Assembly (NCBI RefSeq): GCF_000150275.1
Contig: NW_002060945.1
Coordinates: 4,079,397-4,143,396, forward strand
DNA length: 64,000 bases
Direction: 5' to 3'
From: Trichoplax adhaerens
Taxonomy: Eukaryota > Animalia > Placozoa
Shown: in pieces, positions 40,152-60,699 of the stretch
Position numbering within the stretch: the first letter of the stretch is position 1
How the letters are laid out: each line of letters opens with the position of its first letter
The notes under the pieces: model-generated
Databases searched by the model: none
Seen by the model: the letters and a program-made list of their open reading frames with translations, nothing else
What the model was told of the DNA's origin: nothing
Translations under genes and position numbers: made by a program

Positions 40152-43100
40152 TCATAATGATCCTGCAGAATGGTTTTTCGATCCTTCTGGAAGATATATT
40201 GGTAATTCCATATCATGGGCTGCACGAATTCTGTTCGAGTTATATGACCATAATCTAAAAGTTGGCTTCTTAACTTTGATTATAGCAACAATGATTATTA
40301 CTATAACTACAGCCACCAGTGATACTGTCACACCCACAATATTACCAGATTCATTGAGTAATACTATCATATTGTTAACAAGAAATGGTGTAACCAAAAG
40401 TTAATCAACTGAAAACAATTGGATAATTCAGCTATAAGAATATCCTTACTAGTTTTATTGAAATTGCTCGGTGTTGCAAATGAATTCATTTCTGTCAATG
40501 CTGTTTGGCTACAAATTCATCAGATAATTAAAATTTAGAATGTTCTTCGTAGAAAATTTTAAATATATTAAAAATGTTCGCACCAATAATTTACTGTGTT
40601 AAATAAGACAAGAATTAAAGTAGATAATAATTTTGACTAAAGATCTATCGAATTGATAAAATTCTAAAGTAAAATCATTTCGTAATCTCACTGGTTTATT
40701 AATGTAGGGTAATATAAAATTATAGTAGATACCGTTAACTATGCTTTAGAAATTTTTTATACGGACCTGATCATTTCCGATGTTATAGAAGTTGATTGGA
40801 TTAGTTGTGATTCTTGAATTAATCTTTCTTCTATGGTATGCGTAGTAACATCCAGCCTCGACATTGATTGTCTAGTATCTTCATTCTTTGGATGGGTTAA
40901 AATTTATCAGAACGAAAGATATTATTCATACTTATTGATCTAGCAAATAATACAGTAACAACATTAGTATTTACCATTAATTTACTTACATAAGATTCTC
41001 TTGATGTTGATGTTAGGCTCTTTGTTACCATACTTGTAGTCAGGATATTGGATTGGCTACAGCAATCACTAGAATCGATATTAGATGGTGCAATTGACGA
41101 TTTCATAGCATTTATCGTGTTATGTATCATTGTATTAAGCCTAGATTTGGATTCTAACTTTGATGACAAATATTCTGTAAGGCTGTCAGATGATAATGTA
41201 GCTGTTGATGCTAATATCGTCATCTTATCATGATCATTAGATAATGAGCGAGTCAGAATGGTTACGTCAGTTTGATCGACAGAATAACTTGAAGATAGCT
41301 TAGAGTAAACCATTGGTAATTTTAACGATATAATCTGACTGGATAACACCTGACTGAAGTCTTTGGATAACGATGTTATATCATTTATCGATGTATAGCT
41401 TACTGGTGTAATCTGACTGGATAATACCTGACTTAAGTCTTTGGATAACGTTGTTATATCATTTATCGATGTATAGCTTACTGGTGTAATCTGACTGGAC
41501 AACATCTGACTTAAGTCTTTGGATAACGATGTTATATCATTTATCGATGTATAGCTTACTGATGTAATCTGACTGGACAATATCTGACTTAAGTCTTTGG
41601 ATAACGATGTTATATCATTTGTCGATGTATAGCTTACTGGTGTAATCTGATTGGATAATACCTGACTGAAGTCTTTGGATAACGATCTTATATCATTTAT
41701 CGATGTATAGCTTACTGATGTAATCTGACTGGACAACACCTTACTGAAATCTTTGGATAACGATCTTATATCATTTATTGGTGTATAGCTTTCAGAAAAC
41801 ATAGTCGATATTCTGCTTTCGTCAGATGATATTACTGGTGAAACTATTGGTAAGGATAATGCTGTTGATCTTATATTATTATATAATTCGGTCGTTGATT
41901 TAGTAACTGCAAATGTTGATGACAACCAGGTGGTTAATTCTTGACCATCATAAATTTCAATTGATGATGTTATGGATGTGATTTTACTTGAAGGCATAAT
42001 AATTGTAGATCTGGGTAACATGGCTGCTGCGAACTCATAATTACTAGAAAGTTCATTTGATGTTTTCATAGTGCTATCAGATATCTGACTTGTAATCGAT
42101 ATAACCGGTGTACTTGTTAGTTCTGGACTATTAAAAGCTGCAATTGCTGATGACCCGGATGCCATAATGCTAAATGATAGATTACTAGTAGCTTTTGATA
42201 TTATTGCTGTTACTAAACCATCAGAAGTAGTACTGTATCCTTTCATAGATGAAACTTTGTATGGTGTTAGATTGCTAGTAGTAAAGGATAATGGAGTTGT
42301 TTTGGTGTTACTGCTATCTAAAATTCTGTATGAAGTTGTTACTGGTAGAACTTTATTAGACAACATACTACTACTAGTAGCTGTCGTAACGAATACAGTT
42401 GATCCATTATGATTAAAGTCTCTAGCTAGGATAGAAGTTGTTTTAAAATCACCCACAAAAGTATTACGATAAAAATCGAAAGTTGACGAAGCTGTCATTG
42501 ATGACCATCCTTGATATAATAAAGATTTCCGTGTAGAGGGCCGTACCTCATCTCCTGAACTGTCGCTGTTATACAATGATTGCGAATAGCTATCTCTTGA
42601 TTGATCAAAAACACTGCTAAACTGAGAATTAAGAGATAAAGTTAATGATTGACTAGCTATAATACTTGATGTAGCCAAGTTCCAGGTAAGTTGAGTAGCA
42701 TGATTTAGTGAACTTTGTTCCGTGCCATAATGATTGCCATTAAAAACTTGCGTCGCTGTAACTGTTTCTGAACTATCAGGTATATTTGATGATACAGCTA
42801 ACAAGAGTGGCACCACAATAGACAATATCTTTTCTTGAGCAGTTTTATTCCTATTTATATGAAAGAAAATGACAATAAAAATTAACTTTCTAGTGGAGAA
42901 GTAAGCGTATCCTTACATTTTAAAAAAATATTATAACCAAAATCTAAAATATATTTACATATATTACATATACATCAAGTTCTAACCAAATCTCAATCTC
43001 TACAGGTAGCGTCCTATTTGAGTCAGTTCTATTTGTTTTCCAATGTAGATACATAGATGCTTGCTTAATTGGGTAGATCCACGTATAGTTATTCCAAGTT

Positions 43101-46100
43101 GTATGATTCTGCTCATTTATCTCTTCTGTTGATGCATAAGGCACCAACACAGCTAATTGATGAATATGATAGTCAATTTGAGGAATATCTATAGCGATGA
43201 TTTGATGATTTGCATAATTAGATCGGATTGAAATGGTAGTAAAGTTTTCTGTCATATTCTTACTTGATAATTTCTTAATAAGCGTACAGTTATAGCAGAT
43301 TTGTTTTGTTATATTATCTGATACTGAAAATAGCTGTTTATAGCTCATTGCCAATGTAGTATTTATCATTCGAACATTTGGATTTGCAACATGAATCATA
43401 GTTTTCCATAATCCTCCATATTTAAAAAGGCAATTTTGTAGCAGACTTAATCGATTATTATCATAAAATTGAATTTGATTCCAATACAATCTGTTTCGAT
43501 GGTTATAGTCATACTGCTCTACGCTAGTAAAAGTTATCGGTAAAGATGGAATACCGACAGCTGTTATACTACCAAGTACATTTATTTGTGAAGCTATATC
43601 GAGATAAATAACAACTCCAGGTTGTATTCGAAGTACAACATCTGGTGATATCGTTAAGGAGAGGTAAATTAAATGAGGATTATCCTTTTTCAACCATGTT
43701 GCATTGGAGTGGAGGATTCCAGAATGGATAGTAAAGTTTGCTTGAAATGTTTTCTTCTGTCGATTGTTAAAGTTATTGTAGTTAACATAAGACAATTTTG
43801 AATTCCATCTTGTATCATAAATTCGAGTTGTAATATTATCATAATGATCAACACCCCAATAATTATAACCTGCATTGATCATTTTATGGTAAGAAAATGC
43901 GGCTAAATTACATAATTGAAAGGTTATTTGTTCATTATTGAAATAATTCCATTGATACAGTGGTGAATTCGCTCGATTTTTTACGATGCATACGTCTTGA
44001 TTAGTATTTCTAGTTTTAACTGTATTAATGAGTATATTATGGCTAAATTGAGAAGAATCGTCTATCCATAATGAAATTAGATCAGTTTGATGGATTTCAT
44101 TCATATTAAAAAAATTTTCTTTAATATTAATTCTTCGATTGCTTGGCTGTTTACTTTTGTGACCGTAATGATTATTTATGTGATACTGACAAAAAACTTG
44201 GAGTAAGAAATTTCCACAATAATTAGACGTAAAGTTATTCTTGCTTATAGCAATATCTATTTTAGAATTATTGGGGTGACATAATAGATCTATTAATGGT
44301 TGCTTGCTGTAATTATTGTTAATCAATTGATTATCTTGGATAGTTAATAATAACATCAGTCGATTTTGGCTTTGCTTAAATAGGAGAGCGCTCTGATAGA
44401 TCGAATGAAAAGTATTGTTCTTGATGTTCAAGCAACCACTAGCAGCATAATCTTGAATCGATATTGCTACTTTTAACGATGTAAAATAACAGTCCTGAAT
44501 GGTTAAATTTAACGGCTGAATTGATTTATTCCATTTACTGCTTATGCTTAAACCATTGCCTTTTCGACCGTATATTGTGCATCCATTGATGACATTTTGG
44601 CCCACTAAATTTTGTATTTCTATACTATTCTTAATGAATGAAGAATTTGTATGATAAAAATGGCATTGTTGAAGGAATACCTGTCCATAATTATATTTTA
44701 ACATAATACTGGAGCCTTGGGTAAAATTACATTGACAAAATTTAGGCTTACCAGATTGAATGATAATACTATCGCTCTCGCCATCGGAATTAAAGTTGAC
44801 ATTTCGAAAATAAAGTTGGCCAGTCATCTTATTAATTTGATAATTTTGTATAGAGCAGTTTTGGAAAATTAATGGCGGAAATGAAGTAGTGCTATTCTGA
44901 TGTGTAATAATTTTTCCTCTACGATTTATCTTTATTATAACAGGATTGGTTACAGTCCCTTCAGCATATATTCCAACATCTTGGGTAACAAGTAAACTTT
45001 GATCACTATCTATCGTTAGCTGCGTACCTGGTAGTAGAATCAAGACTGTCCGATTGAGTATTCGATGTATCCTATTAGTGCCATCAAAATTAGTCCATGT
45101 TTCATGATTTAAGATTGCGCCAAAGTGGAGAAATGGATCGTTCTGATAAACTTTGTCATTGGGTCCAGTTAAATAGCTTGAATAAACCACTGGACTGACG
45201 ATAGTATTAATAATACGTTCAGTAATAAAATAGACATTAATACTACCCCAGTAGCAATAGCGTGCATCTAGATAGCCAGCACTAGAATGCGATACATCTA
45301 TTTCGCAATTTAGTTTTTTATTGGCAAATGTATTATTTCTTGCGTCGACAATGTTGATAAAATTGAAATAGATAGCACAAGCTAACTGTTCTTCACTCTG
45401 ATCACGGACTAATGTTGAGCCTAAAATTGGCGAATTATTCATCGGGGTTATAATATTATCCATTATTTGATTCCGAATAAACTGTTGATAGTAATTTTGA
45501 TCTAAGTATAGGATATTGCCACTTGCAGTATTTCCATTAATGATATTATCCTTAATTGTAATGTTGAAAGCTGAACTAGGTCGTACGTGGATGATAGAAG
45601 CCCCATTTGCTTTATTCTTCACAACATGATTCCTAACGATGTTAACAACACCTGTAAATTTAATATCCATTGCAGTTCCTGAGTTATTTCCAATAAAGTT
45701 ATCAACAATCGTTAATGATTTTCCTTTTCCTATAATTTTTATGCCTTGATTATTATGTATAATGCGATTATTACTAATGCGGATGTATTGTTGGACTGAA
45801 ATTTGCGCTAGTTCAATAAGAACGCCCCATGTAATCGCTTTCGTAACAGTATTATTCATAATTTCAATGGCTTTGCAAGTTGATAGCTTAGAATTTTGTC
45901 GAATATTCTTTATACTGATACCACCAGTATGGCCACCAGTGATTGTACTATGTCTAATTCGTATCCAACAGTCTATTGCTTTAATTCCAATATAGGATCC
46001 ATGAACATGTACATGATCTAATTGAAGGAATGTATTCGCTGCCAAAATTCCATATCGTGAGCCAGTGATATTGCAATAGGATAATATGGAACGAAGATCT

Positions 46101-46471
46101 TGGCATTTAGCACGGTTTGGTATAGAGTACAGTGAAGGCTGAAATTTGATTATATCCATACCCTTGCGTTCATCTATAAAATGAATGTATTTATTCGGTA
46201 AACCGGTGGCGTTAAGTCTTCCTTCGATGGAAAGGCGGGAAAATTGATGAAAATGTACCACAACGCCAGGTTCAATGGTTAATGTTGCGCCGCTAAGTAT
46301 GCGGATATGTGCAAAATTTAGACAGTAAGGACTTCCTTGAATTCCCCATGTTACAGATTCATACATATCACGATGGATCTCTGTCTGGCATGTCGAGGAA
46401 GCGGAGCATAAGAATGTTCCAATACTCAGGAATAAGAGAATTTGGATAAGAATTTCATTCTTCTCAATCAT
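40152..46471 (-). CDS. Large (~1900 aa) single-pass membrane protein: signal peptide, parallel beta-helix (PbH1/pectin-lyase-like) modules, Ser/Thr mucin stalk, TM helix, short tail
   Basis: Phase-consistent exons ~46471-42987, ~42850-40990, ~40886-40768, ~40509-40451, ~40364-40152 join ORFs 42944..46471, 40897..42825 and 40152..40397. Signal peptide ILLFLSIGTFLCSASS; Asn/Ile ladder repeats; TM IVGVTVSLVAVVIVIIIVAII followed by KVKK. Confidence 0.8.
41323..41790 (-). repeat. Coding minisatellite, 6 x 78 bp (26 aa, consensus SYTSINDITSLSKDLSQVLSSQITPV)
   Basis: Six near-identical units visible in both DNA and translation. Confidence 0.95.
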
Positions 46472-48503
46472 GGCTTTGATTGTTAATCAGCTATAATCTG
46501 CAAATGTTTTTAATAAATCAATCTACCTTCAGATGCAGTTAAAAGGTTCGCTGTAAATCATCTTATAAGGGGACAACTAGTACTGACACAAGGTTATTCA
46601 TTATTTCTGATTGGATCATTTATCTCGTGAAGCAACGCCATGTGTGAAGAATATCATTAACACATGGAGTTGTATGACGCCATTTTATCACTCTTGGACG
46701 TATATGGACATTCTATTGGTCAATTGGAGAGAAGAATGGTTGGAAATTACAGCGTTAGCCATACCAAAAGTGATCAATTGTTCAAACTAAGTATGATTAG
46801 AATGTACAAGTTATTATCACCTATGGTTTTAGTCATTAAACTCGATAAAATTGCCGTTATCTAGAATCCAAAAAGTTTGTTAATACACTGCATTGTAGAA
46901 TCGATTTATAATTTGGTTGATTCAATTCCTAAATTTAAACATTTATTCATAAAATCTAGTTATGGTTTACCATTTCAATACCTGATTATAGATGCAATCG
47001 ATCAAAATTTTGGTCAATACGGTTTGATCCAGATAGAAGTGTGTCTACTATTTTTATTACAATATACATGAATGCAGTTAGAAATGAGAGGATGCTGCAT
47101 TGGACAAATAGGAAATGTAAATAAATGAATGAAAGCAATCATTGCAATCGAGTCAACTCCTATTCGTTTCTATTTACTTGGTGATTTTCAAAGTAGACCC
47201 TGCCATGATTACCCAATGCTAAAAATCAGTTATCTTGTATAAGGCTATATACGGTGCGATGCAACATACCTGCACGTGTATAGTATTTTCATTAAATGTT
47301 TGTACATTTATATTTATGGATGATGAATTTTGTAGGGTACTAGTTATTTAAGTGACTAATTATGGCTATGAATTGTATCATGATATTTTATCCTACTGTA
47401 GGTATTTCCGATTTTCATCAAGGTCATCCAAATTTAGATGTTTTACGGAGTCAAGTCCTGGCAACTAAATCATCAATGAAACTACAGTATACAGCACGAT
47501 GGAACCAGGATTCGCTCTATGCAATCATCATTCCTAGTCCATCTATCGCCGAAGTCGGTACACCTATTACCTAGGATAGCTCATTTGCAAAGTGCAATCC
47601 GTACTCAACATACTATTTGCTCAGATTCCCAGATTTGACGTGGGAACAAAATCTGTAGACAAGACGGAGCTGTTTTTGCAACACCTATCCACTATTTCTT
47701 CGTCAAGCATTCTGTCTACGACTCACGAGCATGAGCATTACGCGTACATTAGCCCTTCAACACTATCGTCGTTGGTCAACCCTGTTTCAGTATCAATGAT
47801 CACATAGCGATTCGCTATAGCTATTAGGATTCAGGGCCAATGCCTTCCAGAAGTTAAAAAAGTACCTGGGTCAGATAGAGAAGACCTCTTCTCTATCTCT
47901 CGTATCCTAGAATACGTATATCCCGCTTGTTTTACTGTTAGTAATAATTATACAGTACGAAATGACAAGGCGAATGACTTTTCAACCTCTACATTGGTAA
48001 ACGAGGTCTACTCGTACTATATTAACCGGTTTACTGCACTATTATCATTCAATCGATATAATTTAGGGCCTGACATACTTATGTCAAGTTAATTCTTATA
48101 TTTCTTAAAGGTTTAAAAATAATTGGGAAGTAAATTGGAAGATCAACCAACTCGAGGTTATTTATTATGCAATCTACTTTAATGAAATTTTACATAAAAA
48201 TCATACATAATAAATGCAACATTCCTACGATTATAACATAATGTAAATGCACTACGTTGATGTATGGCACTACGACTTGTCTACGTCTACGTCCTGGTAC
48301 AACCATGGAGGTAATAAGGGGCAAAAACGATTTTATTTTATTTATTTACTAGCTAAAATATAATCTGCCCTTTTTACCTCGACTGTTTGTCTAAATCAGT
48401 ATCGTAACCATAAATACTGGTCGAAATTGTCTGTTGTAAATCGTATCAGTATAGACTAAAGCGTGATCGATATAGAACAGTGTACTATATTATACACCAT
48501 AGG

Positions 48504-48660
48504 TACTATTAATAATACTCGCATACTGTATAGTATACCTTATTTTACTATTAATAATATAAAGTATACTGTACAGTATACTTTATTTTACTATTTTACT
48601 ATTAATGATACTCGCATACTCTATAACTGTATAGTATACAGTGCTGTACTTTATTTTACT
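48504..48660. repeat. Degenerate ~42-bp unit x3 containing ATACTGTA(T/C)AGTATAC, upstream of regucalcin
   Basis: TACTATTAATAATACTCGCATACTGTATAGTATACCTTATTT recurs with indels. Confidence 0.7.
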
Positions 48661-48905
48661 GCTTACTGTTTATCATCAACGCATTGCAATAGGCTGTGCA
48701 GCGTTCATAGTGTGATAGGGACGTTGTTGATTAGTGGTGAAAAAATTGCTCAAGGTTGAACTCTAGTCCTCTAACAGTATACGTAAGGACTAGCAAATTA
48801 TTCATTTATTTCTTATAAACTGTCAATTGACGACAGCGTAGAGATCAGAATTCAGTATCTTGCAGTGAAGAAAGGCGGCCCAACAAATTGCATCGCATTC
48901 TAGAT

Positions 48906-52486
<3,581 letters not shown>

Positions 52487-53324
52487 TATAATTATGGAGA
52501 TATTGCATATTAAACATCTTGGATTTCCCTTCAACGTTCGTACTCGTACATCGGTTATTGATGATTCGCATGCATACGGAATATTATACTCTGGCAAAGA
52601 TATTTACATTAGATAAAGCTTTCTAATTTTCCTAATAAGTACCGTAATTACTGAGTTATTAATTAATTAGTTAATTAATTAATTATACCAAAGTATAACA
52701 ATTGTTATCATGCTATACGTTCTTTGCATTTGTTTCCATTTTAATACACTATTACAGTATAAGGTTTTGTTGGGACGAATTACAACTTAGGACTTATCAA
52801 AATGTTTACGTAATAAAATGCACATTAGAGTAGGGTAGATACTTATGACACAGAAGTCTTTGATTATACCAATAAAAAGTGAGTATTTGATTACCAAATA
52901 GATTATAACTCTGCTGAAAATTTATGCAACAATTTCTAAACTACGATTAAAGAACTTAAAATAGTCTACATTACAGTCATCAGTACTATGTTATTGATTC
53001 TTTGCCGGCAATGTGAACACCTTCATTCAGATATAATGTGCAAACAAGTCGAACAGATATATTAAATTCATATACCTATAATCTATACATTAAATTCTCT
53101 TGTCAAACTGTCTACATTGGGAATAACGAATGGAATATAAAAATGATTGGGTAGTCGTGTCTATGTATAGTACGTATAAATAAATGAGAAAGCAATATAA
53201 TCTGACAAGATGACAATGCAAGGGTTAATGAAGTGTAAAGTTTTTGAAAACAGACTACACTTTTTCATTTTTAAGGGCTACTAAATTTAGCCTTTACAGA
53301 CATATTCGACGCAATCTAGATAGC

Positions 53325-59586
<6,262 letters not shown>

Positions 59587-60471
59587 TGTCGTTGCCAATG
59601 TTGTGAAGGAGACAACTACACATGCGTATATATATATATACATCTATATAGAACAAAGACTGCAGTATGAGTTACTTGATTCTCGACGTCTTGCAAGTTT
59701 GCATACTAAACACACTCGTCATTTTTTTTACATATGGCGCATACTGTAGACTACTATGGCCCAGGTACATCCAACAATAACATTATATAGGCATAATGCA
59801 AGTTCTAGATCAATCTTCTCCAATGATGGACTGCCCCATCAGTAGTTGCTAAGATAGAATAGTATCTTCAGCGGACTCTTCACAATACTGTATTAACTAC
59901 TTCTATGAGTTCTATCCAATGGCAATCATAAATTCAAATTCAATTAGATTACCGTTTCTATGTTGATAACGCGTTGCACCTTTTTGCTAAGCTGTTAGCA
60001 GATCCTTCTCCACCCGAGAATATAATTCAAGGGTATGCAGTGGAGTCATAATAGCTTTAAAGTAATTTCAATGGCGGACTACTTATTGCTAGTAGCTAGC
60101 ATGGAATACAGTACAAGTAAAATTTAATTAATTTACAAAGGCAAGTAAAAAAAATTATTCTATGCTTGAGGACATATCGCAATATCTTAGATAACATGTC
60201 AACTGATCGATTCTAGGAAATGACGACGGTACTTATGGGTGAAAACAGATGTATAATATAGAACAGTTTTAAAAAGTATTTCAACCCCATTATTCAAGGT
60301 AATAAACAAGGAAAAAATTAGAAAAACTATCCTATATAAGCTACGTGCCGTAACGTTGTAGCTTGTAAATTATTAGCTCTAGGAAATCATTAAAGTATTT
60401 ACTAGTGATAGTAGATGGATAATATTATAAAATTCTCTTAATTCAATTTAATCGTGGTGTACCGACAGATC

Positions 60472-60699
60472 GTGACTGACATGAAACAGTGTCTTCTATC
60501 TTCATATTTTAAATTTCTATCTCATTAATCAAGATAATAAAAATAAAACAAATATTACTTCTCAAGTATAAAGTTGTCTTAATCATGCAGTAACTATTGA
60601 TAGTGACTGACATGAAATAGTACCTTCTGTCTTCAGAATGGTAATTTTTATCCTATTAAGTTAATAAAGATATTGAAAACAAAATAAAAATTACTTCTC
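60472..60699. repeat. Old diverged direct duplication (two ~92-97 bp copies, 131 bp offset)
   Basis: GTGACTGACATGAAA...CTTCT.TCTTCA...ATTACTTCTC at 60472-60563 and 60603-60699. Confidence 0.8.

Noticed and set aside
41323-41790. Regularly spaced repeats resembling a CRISPR array
   Set aside because: Contiguous 78-bp in-frame coding units with no unique spacers, in a eukaryotic exon.
42903-42916. GTATCCTT / ATATCCTT strings (also ~40440, ~55566) resembling U12 donors
   Set aside because: They are on the strand opposite the host genes and not at exon boundaries.
46498-46526. GT...AG pair in the 5'UTR of the beta-helix gene
   Set aside because: Only 29 nt, far below the intron sizes seen elsewhere in the window.
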